64,000 nucleotides of DNA from Oculina patagonica (GCF_052425735.1 NC_135766.1:25854001-25918000), one strand, 5' to 3'; positions 22,739 to 34,001 are shown, numbered from the stretch's first letter. Made by a program: numbers and translations. The notes: generated by a model not told the origin, from the letters alone.

Positions 22739-23770
22739 ATGTATTTCCACGAGGCGGCAAACGTTTTTCTGTGTGGAGTCACCATGCTTCTTGCTTGTGC
22801 TGCAAGTTTCAAGCTGAATGCTATCGGTCAGTAAATCTTCTGTATTCTTGTTCGTCGTCTCGTGACTTGCCTTGTGACTAGGCCAGTAATTATTTTTTAG
22901 ATTCGATTAGCTCGACAACTCCCTGTGACGATGGTTGTGAGAATCGCAGCAGCAATTCGACATTTTCGTGCTGTCAAGCCATCTCTGTATACAGATTTAG
23001 TAGCACAGGTAAGGAAAAATCAACCATAATAAGTCTGTTATAAAACACATCTCAAAATCACTGCACGCGCGCACGCAAGATCTCTTTAACGCGCACTAAC
23101 GCGTTTCCATGTGCGTATGAATTCGCGAGGTATACTGCAATTCTCAGATCAAGCGGGAATATTTATTTCACTTTCTTTTTTTGCAGTTTGTGTGAATGTG
23201 TCAAGCGTGGATACTGAGAATGTAAGAAGCACGATCAATCTCTTGTTTATAAACCTGGATGACAATTCTTCCTCTAGTCTGTAATTACAGACGCAACATT
23301 TTTTAATTTTGTATTGTTTTATTATTAGGTGCTACCACTTACAGTTTCTGTGGGAGGGGAGCTCTACCTCAATGACACATTCTCAGGTATGGAAGTTGCT
23401 ATGGTTATGGAATCTGTATTTAATTTCTATAACTGAAATTGGGCCAATTGTGGCATGCAGCTCTATAAGCAACCCCCCCCCCCCCCCTACACCAAAAAAA
23501 AAGCCTTTGTCACATTAATTAAATGTCCTCTCTTTCTCAACAGATAAGAAGCCGCAGCCATATTGTTTTGAATATGATAATCCTGGACCAGTTTACCTGT
23601 GCATGATATTCTACAACACGACATTCACTGAGACTCAAGTCAGCAGCTGCTTAAAGCTGAGAATTCTTGTACAAGCTGAAATCTTTATTCCTTTAAAATG
23701 TTTTACTCTTTCAAGGCCTTCTGCTATCAGTGTAAGAGGGAAAAACATTGTCTTGGACAATACAGTTTAG
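22739..23770 (+). CDS. Secreted DUF4773-like glycoprotein, divergent compact paralogue 3 (171 aa, 5 exons)
   Basis: Exons 22739-22826, 22901-23008, 23187-23221 (35 nt), 23329-23386 (58 nt), 23544-23770; total 516 nt; phases 1,1,0,1 as in paralogues 1 and 2. PCDDGC...FSCC, VCVNVS, LNDTFSDKKPQPYC, LCMIFYNTT, SSCLKL, LKCFTL. Confidence 0.82.
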
Positions 23771-24600
23771 TAGCACCAAAGATCAATTTGAATGTGGGTG
23801 AGTTTAGAGGGGGCCACCCCCATTTTCCTTTGATTTGTTTTTAAAAATATAACTAAACATATTTTGAGAGTTTGTTGTGGACATGGGGCAAGGTTGCTTT
23901 CTCGCCAAAATGATTTTGTCCACCACCCCCCCCCCCCCTTCTGATTTTTCACAATACAACCCTGTTGAATATTAAAGATTCTAAGATTTTACATTCCAAC
24001 CTTAGCAGCAAATAGACTCTAGTGGATAGGTGAACAGGAGGTAATGCAAAAAGGCCTTGACTAACACAAGCTAAGAGAAAGCAGGGGAGAATGGCTCACC
24101 CCTTCTTTCCCTTGCTGGACTGTGGACTATTCCAAAGAGCTTATTAACAAACTAAAGAACTTGAGCATCTAGAAAAAGCTGTATTAAAGTTAATCAATAA
24201 TCTGGTTGCCTAATGAAAATGGTTCAAATTTGCCTTGACTTATTTGCTGAGAAATTCACACTACTGCTGGAATTTAGAATGGCTTCAGATATTGAGCTTG
24301 GTCATAACTCACTTTCACATACATTTTAAAACCTACAAAATATTTTGCATCATGTTTTCATAAACCAATCAGATAAAATCCCTTGAAATGAAAATCTGTA
24401 ACTCCAAACATCCACATCTTTCACTAGTTAAGTAGTTCTTTATTGTTAAAGTCTCATCTAACAATGTTCTGTGTGAAAAATACTCAGTCCAAGCTACAAA
24501 TTGATACTTTATAAAATTGTTTGGTTTTGTCCGTGGAGCTCGGCCCCATTGTTAAGTACATCAATGTAAGGGTGCACTGCAGAATCCTCCTTGCTGATAA

Positions 24601-27600
24601 TCAGTTGTTAGGTTTCACATAAATTCCCTCCTGAAACACAAAGAGAATGCATATTAGATGTGAAAGAAGTGTCATGTATACAGAAATTAGAAGAACAGGC
24701 ATTATGGTTCCACTGTCAAACACCTTGTACCAAATCTGTGAATGTCTTGTTCACTTGCCTTAGTCAATAAACTCAGGATATTTTGTACAACTTAATGACT
24801 TGTGTGGAGATTTTTATTCACTTGTTGCTAATCTTTGGAAAACGACCAAGTGAGTACAGCCAACGAGCGAGTTGTTTAAAGTTTTGCAATGAGTGAATAA
24901 TGGCTTTAGAATAATTTTCACTTCAGTTCTGAGCTTAACTTTTGGGCCACAGTTAGTAAATAGCCAAATGGTCTGCCTCCTGCTGTGTTTAACCATGTGA
25001 CATGCAGTGAGCTGCTTTCGATCATCACAGTCCTTACCGTTGCCTTCCATTCATTGCCTGTCTCAGGATAACTGTAGCCACTGACTTCTCTTTGACCATG
25101 AATGGGTCGGCCAAACTGATCTCCAGTAATATGCAGATACCTACAAGAACAAAACAAAGTACAAATTTATACTGATCAATTTATTCTTTATTTAGCTTAA
25201 TTAGAATACATTTAAAACATTCTCACATTACAAATAATGGCTTTTTCATCAACCTTTTTGCCATTTATGCTGTATTTGTTTCATAATAACTGTGGTCCTC
25301 TGTGTTGTCTTCCTTCCACATATTAAAATTAGCATTTCTAACTTCCAATTTAATCAGGAAATGATGGAATAACAGCTACTCCATGGAGAGCCACTGCAAA
25401 TTCATATTTATTCATTTTATTTTTTATTTATATACAGTAATCTCTTAAGAACAATTGGTCACCATTAACAGAAACTTGCCCTAAACATGGGAAGCAATGA
25501 GAAATGACTGTATTTATAGGCTTTAGTCACTTACGCTTTAGTGGCTGAATGTTTGAATCTGACTTTATCTGTGCGTTCCCAAAACTTTGTTGCACAAACA
25601 ACAGACCAGTGATCGCCTTCATCACCCGCTCCATTCTCACCAAATGCACTCACTTCTTGATTATGAGATATGGGTGACTGGAAGTGATGACTGTGAAGAT
25701 TGCGTTTTGTTGCCAAGTGCTGTAATCTTATTGTGCTTCCACACTTAACAGGGCTCCTGCAGAAACAAATAGGTTTAAGATCATGGGATATACAATACTG
25801 ATGTCAGGATCAACATGTACAAATAAATAAAGTTCACAGTCAACATGTTGGTTCTTGAAGATGTCAAAATGAAATGTCTTGAATTTAAGTCAGGAATGCT
25901 GCAGTGGTAGCGTAAGTGCATTTTGTGCTTACCCTCGTTTGCATGGAGCATCCATTTTCCCTCTTAACACCCAGTAACTGTTGCCATCATCGACACTGTC
26001 AACTCCTGTAACAGACTAAAACATCCAAAATAATATTAAAAAGTCGGTATTCTTTATGGAATTTGATACTATTATGGTATGTTCTAATACTACTTCTATT
26101 TACACTACAACCCTGATACTTTAAAAGACAAATAATGTGAAAAATTTAAAATCACAAACAGTATATTCTAGAGAAGCAGTGTCCAGGTAAAATTTACTTG
26201 TGCCATATCTGGATTTCAGTTAACATTTTGCCCTTCTGTGGCTCCGTAATCAAGGGAAAAAATCATTTCAAGCACATCTGTAGTTAAATTGCTAGCATTC
26301 TCTTTGCAGCTTACCATGTTTTTTTTTTAAATAAGCCAATCACTTCTCTACACTTGTTGTATGAACAATAATTAACCACAACTTCAACTTTATTACTTCC
26401 ATCACTTGCATAAATAATTTATAAATATTTTTTAACAAATCAAAAGTGATGAGGAGTCTACAGAAAAGCAGACATGCTTGAAATAGTAGACCCCCTTAAG
26501 AGGTCATTACATAACTTAAACTGATTTACAATTCAATTAAAAGATAACAACAATCTTATGAAGAATTCTTTGAAGAAGCAATAAAGATTGAAAAGAAAGA
26601 ATTGTTAATTGGCGAATTCTTTGCCACTACCGTCATTGCCCTGCTGAGAAAGAAATTTTTGCTTAATACACTTTTTAAAAGAAAAAATTGACTTAATATC
26701 TTTTGTCTTATTGTCAATGCTGTTCCAAATTTTTGGTCCCTGAAATGACAGGGAATACTGACCTAATCTGGATGACTAATGTGGAACATAACAGTTATTT
26801 CTATTACGTGTTCCATAACTATGTACCATGTGATTTGGTTTGAATAATTGATTTAATCTATAAGGTGCCTGCCCAGAATTATACTTAAACATCATCATTG
26901 AAATTTCCAATTCATTTATTTGATCAACCATAAGTAGCTTCAGTTCTTTAAAAATTTCAGCTGTACTTTCCCTATATCCAACTTTAGCTATAATTCTTAC
27001 TGCCCTTTTCTGAAGAAGTATAATTCTAGTCAATTTGGAGGGATAATTGTTAGCCCAAACAGTATTGCCATAGTGAATGTATGGATACACTTAAGTGTAA
27101 TATAGGCATTTAATAGCATCTGTATACAAGTAATAGCTTAGTTTACGCATGACCCCAATATTTTTGGAAATTTTTGAGCTTACAAGATTTATATGTTTCA
27201 TCCTTGTTAAGTTTTCACAGAAGCTACGATTTGTGAGAGAAAAACTGCTTTGAACCAAAGGTCTGTTTCAATGCAGTACTGCCCGAGATTTTCTAAAATT
27301 AGAAATCTGAACACACCAATTCAATCAGCTCGATAATTCATCATGGAAAGGTTTTACTTCCGTGTACAAATCTGTCCCCAGTCCACCAACCGGAAATCTC
27401 AAAGCACGAATAAAAAGCCTCCACGCACAGTTTACAAGCATTAAATCACCTCATTTAAAATTTTTACTTGTATAGAGTTGTTTACAGTTGTATACTTGTA
27501 TACAACTGGCAGCTTCAACGATAATTTTTGCCACCAAAAACCTTTTGTGTCTCTAACCATTTCAATAACTGACTGGACCTTAAAATTTTTAAAACTCAAT

Positions 27601-28151
27601 CTGAACTTTACACGTACGATTTCATCATGTGCTTGAATAAACAAGAGATTAGAATGAGCTGAGCTAGTCACGGCAAAAAATACCATTAAGTTGTGCAACC
27701 TTTCTAACAAATAAGTAAAGAAAACGCTACTACAATTTATTGATCTGTTTTTCGCTCTGAAAATTCCGCTTGAAAAATAAAATACAAGTAAAACAGGGCA
27801 ACATGCTGGGAGTAAGCCAGGCAAGTGAAAACTAATCTTAAATTCACTCAAGCTATAAGAATACAGCTAATCACACCTGTTGTCCGCTGCCAGATCCATA
27901 TTTAACCTCATGAGAATGAAGCCGAACATTATGCTTTGGATTAAGCAGCTTTAAAACGCTTCCACATGTAACATATTTGAATTCTGAAACACAAATAAAA
28001 CAGGAATTATTCATCAGCGTCGTGTATGAATGACTCAGTACCAGTTCTATTTTGCAAATATTTTGTTTTCCTACTTACCTTTTGAATCTCCTAACGTTCG
28101 GCTGGATAGCAAAGAAAATAAACTTATCAATAAATAGACGTATTTAACCAT
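24601..28151 (-). CDS. SDF2: Stromal cell-derived factor 2-like MIR-domain ER protein (205 aa, 6 exons)
   Basis: Exons 28151-28079, 27983-27877, 26015-25933, 25756-25535, 25140-25038, 24630-24601; total 618 nt. Signal peptide followed by VTCGSVLKL..RLHSHEVKYGSGSGQQSVTG, LHSHHFQSPISHNQEVSAFG, GRPIHGQREV, EGIYVKP. Confidence 0.93.
26640..27216 (-). mobile_element. Degenerate LINE ORF2 (reverse transcriptase C-terminal region; CR1/L2-type)
   Basis: Translation HINLVSSKISKNIGVMRKL...YPYIHYGNTVWAN...ILLQKRAVRII...HSYGTR...QGPKIWNS with in-frame stops, inside SDF2 intron 2. Confidence 0.75.
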
Positions 28152-28847
28152 TGTAGTCGTTCTAACTGTTTGTAAAAAGTGAAAGAAACTAGCTAAAGTC
28201 GCGGCCATATTGAATTAACGAAAAAGAACGCCGTGAGTTCAGGCCGGGCTGTTTTTAGCTGGACCTCGATTTCATGCAGTGACCCGTCAAACCGGTTGAG
28301 CCGTCACGCAACGCTTCTCCAAGGAAAAGGCAAAGTAGTTACTGAAGCTGCATGCATGCATGCATGCAACCCGTTGCTACAGCACATCTATAAAATTAAA
28401 TCGCGACAAACGACATTAGTTTGACAATTTTGTTTTAATTTCTCGACAGCAGGCATAAAGTATTGTTAAAACGGTGACATGGGATAGCAACATTTTGACA
28501 ACTGACACCCCCCCCTCCCTTCATAGTAGGGCCTTTTAAAATAGAGTTCAAAGTGGGTCAGTAAAACAGCAAGACCCATTCCGGGACCGATGCTAAGACC
28601 CCGAAACAGATCGAAACAGAGAGCCAGATGTGGCTCAGACCCAGGTGGGTGTGGCTATTCGAAAAGTTTGGATGAGGTGTTCTGCTGGGCCTGGGGTCTA
28701 GGAGCTAACAACAGTGCGAATCAGTGCAACCCCATCTATCTCAGCAGTAAAGAGGATGTATTTATTTTCAAACTTTCTTCACAACATCATTTACTATTTT
28801 GTTTTGCACATTTCCAAATGACCTGATTTTGATAAGCAGAAGGAAAT

Positions 28848-29274
28848 CACAGGGGGGGTACTCTGGCTTGTAAATGACAGGGATGATCGAAGGATTTTTT
28901 TGGGTTTGAAATTTTCGATTCCAGGATTTTTTTGGGTTGGAAAATTTGGCAAGTATTTTTTTGGGTGACTTGATTTAAATAGGGATTTTTTGGGGTATTA
29001 AAAACAAACTTAAGTGACTTGGCGCTGTCTTGGCTTATTTATAATATGATGAATAAACAAGCACGAGCAATCGATTTTTTATGGTTTTCTTTGTGTTATA
29101 TTATTTCCCCTCCTGGCAATTTAGGGGTAATTTGACAAGGGATTTTTTAAGGGGTTATTTTTGGTCCAGGGATTTTTTTGGGTAATGTCGGAAGGCTTAG
29201 GGATTTTTTTGGGTCCTGAGTTTTGCCTCCATTCGATCATCCCCGTCATTTACAAGCCTGAGTACCCCCCTGGG
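28848..29274. mobile_element. MITE with (C)CAGGGGGGTACTC TIRs and 8-bp TSD, copy 1
   Basis: TIR GGGGGGTACTC..GCTTGTAAATGAC.GGGATGATCGAA; AAGGAAAT duplicated at 28840-28847 and 29275-29282. Confidence 0.85.
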
Positions 29275-29454
29275 AAGGAAATACATATATATTTGACATT
29301 TAATTTTTCCCACTCAGTGCCATTTCAGACTAAAGGGCCAAATTGGAAACCTGTCAACACAGGCAGACCACCCTATGTGTTCACGGTTTATTATTGTCGA
29401 CATGAGACAAACAAAAAATATTGAAATCTATGAGGGTTACTCATAAAGCTCTGG

Positions 29455-29760
29455 AAATTACACATCTAAACTTTACAAGGGATCATTTTGAAATCCTTGC
29501 GTCAGGCAAAACTGACCTCCACTGCAAGATTAAAGAGACCTTATACATTCATGAACTACAACCTTCTTTAAATGCCAATGTCGGCAGTGAGAGGTTGTTA
29601 CTTTATTAACCTAATGTAAATATTAAGTTACTGCTGTAGATCAATTGTCTCAATCTCGGTTCCAGACCCCTTTCATTACAATATATAAATAGTTGCCAAA
29701 ATTTTACAGTCATACTTTTGAAAATGTATGTAGCTTAGCATACGAAACGTCAAGTTTAAA
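29455..29760 (+). mobile_element. Penelope-like element 3' remnant (GIY-YIG endonuclease C-terminus plus terminal repeat)
   Basis: HFEILASGKTDLHCKIKETLYIHELQPSLNANVGSERLLLY* ends at 29609 and is followed by a hammerhead-like motif. Confidence 0.7.
29714..29755 (+). ncRNA. Minimal type-I hammerhead ribozyme-like motif (U3-A8 core variant)
   Basis: ACTT | TTGAAAA T | GTATG tagcttag CATAC | GAAA C GTC | AAGT: stem I ACTT/AAGT, stem II GTATG/CATAC, GAAA core, palindromic ACGT in place of stem III, GUC cleavage triplet. Confidence 0.6.
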
Positions 29761-29935
29761 AAAATGCGATTTTTCATAATGTTTATCACCGCTGTTTGTG
29801 TTATATTTTTATAAGCTTCAACTCTCAAATGCTCAATCAGGCCTACAACATGTGTTATTGTAACATACGTGACTTTCTTAAATGATTTGTCTAAAAAAAC
29901 ATATTTTAAGTCTTAATCCTTTACTCTTTAACAGC

Positions 29936-30363
29936 CCCAGGGGGGGTACTCCGGATTGTAAATGATGGGGATGATCGAATGGAGGCAAAACTCAGGACCC
30001 CAAAAAGTCTTCCGACATTACCCAAAAAAATCCCTGGACCAAAAATAACTCCCTAAAAAATCCCTTGTCAAATTACCCCTAAATTTCCAGGAGGGGCAAT
30101 AATATAACACAAAGAAAACCATAAAAAATTGAACTCTTGTGTTTGTTTATTCATCATATCATAAATACGCTAAGGCCGCGCCAAGTCACTTAAGTTCGTT
30201 TTTATGCCCAAAAAAAATCCCCTATTTAAATCAAGTCACCCAAAAAAATACTTGCCAAATTTTTTAACCCAAAAAAATCCCGGAATCGAAAATTTCAAAC
30301 ACAAAAAAATCATTCGATCATCCCTGTCATTTACAAGCCGGAGTACCCCCCCCCCCCCCTGGG
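29936..30363. mobile_element. MITE with CCCAGGGGGGTACTC TIRs and 8-bp TSD, copy 2 (inverted relative to copy 1)
   Basis: Reverse complement of 28848-29274; TTAACAGC duplicated at 29928-29935 and 30364-30371. Confidence 0.85.
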
Positions 30364-30702
30364 TTAACAGCACCTGTTATAATATTTCAAACAATAGTCT
30401 TGTCTCAATAAGTTAACTTCATACTTTCAGTTCTTATTTCATTTTGTTATGCACGCATACATCTTACACAACTGTTCATAGCAGATGGATGCAACCATCT
30501 TGACCAGAGCTATGGACTTGCTAGGAGTTCAAAGCTCGATGCAACCACACATAAATTTAAACTCAGTTCAATACAAAGATTGCACCATAATAAAGACACA
30601 ATAAAGCCAATAGTAACCAAACAAGGCAATTTGTTTACTTATAAGCCATATTTGTTAAAAGGAAGAGGTTTAGCTATAGCTTGTGTATTTTCACTGTCAA
30701 CT

Positions 30703-30874
30703 TAGCCTGCGTAGCTGGCGGTATTTTGGGGTTATAAAGCGCGTACAAGCAAGCGGCGAAGCCGCGACAACAAGCGGCGCAGCCGCGAGTGGCTTGGGGA
30801 GGAGGTGTTGAAATACCGCCTGCCCGGATGGGCTGCTTTTTTGGCTTCCGCCCCTTATTTGCATACGCAGGCTA
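30703..30874. mobile_element. 172-bp TAGCCTGCGTA-ended MITE with 9-bp TSD (Academ-like)
   Basis: TAGCCTGCGTA...TACGCAGGCTA; CTGTCAACT duplicated at 30694-30702 and 30875-30883. Confidence 0.8.
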
Positions 30875-31069
30875 CTGTCAACTTTGCCACTTATAAGAAA
30901 CTGTTAGAACCCAGTCCCATTGACCTTAATTCACATGTAGAATTATGACTCTCTTTAATCCATTGTCCCTGTTGTCATTGTCTTTCTTTTTTTTAATTAA
31001 CACAACCTGTAATTGACACAATCCAAGGAACCAAGTTCTGTTTTGGCAAATGTTAAAAGTAATCTGATG

Positions 31070-34001
31070 TCATCTTGTTCTTCTTTCACCTTTCTGCGTT
31101 CTTTTCTTTTCTTTTTCCTTCCTATCATCTGCCTTCTGTTTTTGCTTTTCCTTTGCCTCTTTTATTTGCTGTTTTTTCTGATCATTTTCTTCTTTCAATT
31201 TATCTCTCTTTTCTTTTTCTCTGTCTGCAACTGACTGAACATTCACATTCTTGAACATCCCTGTTGAAGAAATGGAAATAATTATTTGAAATAATAATAA
31301 TCTCAGTATGTTTTGCAACTGTTTCTTCCTCATTTATTCTTACATAAATGTATTGAATATGAAAACTGTGAGTGGGCTGATCACTGGGTGGGTAGGTTAG
31401 TCGGTGGGTTGGTGGGTCATCAGTCCATTGGTAATATGGTGGGGGTGGGTGGGTGGGTTGCTCAGCCAGTCCACTTATCTGGTAAGTTGTAAGTTGACGA
31501 GTCAGTGGGTGGGTGAATGGGTCAGTAAGTCCATTGGTGAGTGAGAGGGAGGGTGAGTGGGTGTAATGATGGGTCAGTCTATTGATGAGTCAGTGGGTGG
31601 GTGGATGGGCCAGTAATTCCATTGGTAAGTGGGATGGAGGGTAAGTGGGAGGAGGGTGAGTGGGTGAATGGGTGGGTTGGTCAGTGGTTTTCCCCCTTTC
31701 ATTTCTAGATAGGATTGTATGATATCTTTCCACCAACCTGAATCTTTATCTGTAGAAGTAACTGGCTCCTCATCACTATCATCGGTAGAACAAAGTTAAA
31801 GATGTTAACTAAATAATTACCTTATTATATTGCTTCATTATGGGGCATAACATTTTTTTGCTGGTATTTGTGGGTTAGTTTTGTTTTAGTAGTATTTCTT
31901 GTTGACATGTAACTTTAAAATTAACATTTAGGAATTTTGAAAAAAAAAATGTTTAATTTTTACTCGGTAAAAATTGATGGATTACAGGACTTTAATCATT
32001 AAAAGGATATCAAAGTTCTTCATCTGATTCATGGCCGTACTGAGCCACAAGCAGTTTCTTGATTTCACCATCAGATTTCTCTTGTGCTGATTTTGTTGTA
32101 CACACTGTAGATGCTTGTTTCTCCATTATTTGAGCCAGTTTGTTCTGCTTTTCTGCTGCTTTCTGTTCTACAAGTGAATAATATCAAAGTTAAAGATTGA
32201 ACTGTAACCAGGATATGTCGGCACAGACAATAATTCTAAACCGCTACCAAGACAACATTCTAACTTATTGTAATTTTTTATTTTGTCTGTTTGCTTTTTT
32301 TTTCTTTTTTTAGGATACTAGTTCAAAGCAGGGTTACCAGCATAAAATTTGCTGGAACCCATTCATTCACTTGGGTAAAGAAAGGCACTGAGTGAGTAAT
32401 TATTGTCTAATGCCCAAGAACAAAATACAGTTGGCCCCAGCCAGGGCTCAAACCACAGGCCCTTGATCCAGAGTCCAGTGTGCACACCATGAGTTCACTG
32501 TGTCTCCCCTCCCTTGCCCCTTAAGATTGACTTTATTACTGGTATTAAGTGTGAGGTTTTCATTAGATATGGTTCTGTTATTGATGTACTTGTACAAAAT
32601 GAGCTTGTCTTGAAAATGTTGCACTTTTAGCTCGATCAACTAGCTGTACAAGGATGAGTATTTTAATTCCAAACATTAATCAGCACTTCAATGATCTCAC
32701 TGACTGTCAGTAAAGGAATTTATTTTTCATGTTTTTACACTTCACGTCTTTCTCCAGAGTCAACAGATGTAATCTAAGTAAGCATTGATAAGCGACATGT
32801 ACCTTTCACTTGCTCTTTTTTCTGTAACACTTCTGCTCTTGATGTTTTCCATCTTTCAATAACTTCACTGCACAGTTCATCTAATGGATGCTCCTGCAGC
32901 GACAAGTGAAAAACATTCTTAAGTACAAAAAGGTTGAAAGGCAGTTTATAAAGAGAGGGAGTATCTTGAGGATGAAGACCTAGGGAAAGTATCGAGTATA
33001 GTATAGCTTTCCTGTTTGATGATAAGAGTGATAAAAGTTGGATACCCTGTTGCCAGGGCAGCCCGGGGTCTCTATATATTCCTGTTCACCAGGCTGCATA
33101 ATTCTATGTAGGTTACACCGAAGATCTTTGGCGTGAATTTCAAAATTGCATGGTGTACTGGCAAATAATGGTAGTCGGCAGGTTTTAACTGGCATTCAGA
33201 TGACTTATTTAAGGTAAGAATAATACATGTAAAGGGCCTTGGCATAGACTTAAACTTGGCATATCTTTGGTGTGGCATGAACATTGAACAAACCCTTGCG
33301 TGCACAAGCTTGTGCCAAATATTAGGGTTTACTTGCCACTACCTGTGGACAATTGTACCAATTCAGGCTGAAAAAACAGTGTGGTTTTGGTTATTTTCAA
33401 ATTTCCACTGACATGACAATGCAATAAAACATGAAAGTCTTCTTTTTAAAGATTTTTCAATGGCTGAGCCAATTTTTAACCTCAAAAATGCAAATAATGA
33501 CAATTCAGAGTTAAATCTCTAAACGTTTCTCACACCGCCAAGCTACAGTTTTTCTCTTGAGCCCTTGCAATCTGAATCACATGTAAACTCCTGGTTTTGA
33601 CAAACAAGGTTTTGACAGCAAGCTCATGTTGTATAGGATTAAACGCTCTTAAGGTAAATTGGCATGCGTTTTTTGGATAAATATAATTAAATTAGTTAAC
33701 ATCATGATTTGCTTTGAATCTCCAGGTCTTTTTTTTTTTTTTTCAGGTTTTCAAATCTCCAATTTCTGAAGGTCGATAGGACTGAATTCCACGTGCACGT
33801 GTAAAATTTCCAAATTACCGTCATTCCTTCCAGAATACCAATCAACGCATCTTTGCGTTCTTCGTCAGTTTCCTCAGAATCCAAAACCCCCGTGACATAA
33901 CTTCCAAACACGTCTTCGTCAAGCCCTAACTGTTTCATACGACAGCTTAGCCATTCTTCAAACACTTCTTCTTGTAGGGTACACGAAGACCCATCCGCCA
34001 T
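31070..34001 (-). CDS. CCDC43: Coiled-coil domain-containing protein 43 (222 aa, 5 exons)
   Basis: Exons 34001-33819, 32893-32803, 32167-32011, 31784-31738, 31260-31070; total 669 nt. FEEWLSCRMKQLGLDEDVFGSYVTGVL at the N-terminus, LVAQYG, MFKNVN, and ERKRTQKGER-like C-terminus (EKKRTQKGERRTR). Intron 3 is AT-AC. Confidence 0.9.
31369..31686 (+). repeat. GGGT/GGGTGAGT-rich degenerate minisatellite
   Basis: Many GGGTGGGT runs interspersed with CAGTCCATTGGT units, inside CCDC43 intron 4. Confidence 0.7.
31785..32010 (-). other. U12-type (minor spliceosome) AT-AC intron, 226 nt
   Basis: 5' splice site ATATCCTTTT; branch site TCTTTAAC (31802-31795) about 10 nt before the terminal AC; no long pyrimidine tract; splicing here restores the CCDC43 frame. 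Confidence 0.88.
32335..32500 (-). mobile_element. Degenerate SINE copy (same family as 19975-20270)
   Basis: Reverse complement contains GGACTCTGGATCAAG...GGTTTGAGCCCTGGC...TTCTTGGGCA...GTGCCTTTCTTTACCCAAG...AATGGGTTCC. Confidence 0.6.

Noticed and set aside
27441-27851. 136-aa minus-strand ORF in SDF2 intron 2
   Set aside because: Non-ATG start, no recognisable motif, and not needed for the SDF2 frame.
28848-30363. Composite transposon carrying a GIY-YIG cargo
   Set aside because: Each inverted copy has its own distinct 8-bp TSD, so they inserted independently.
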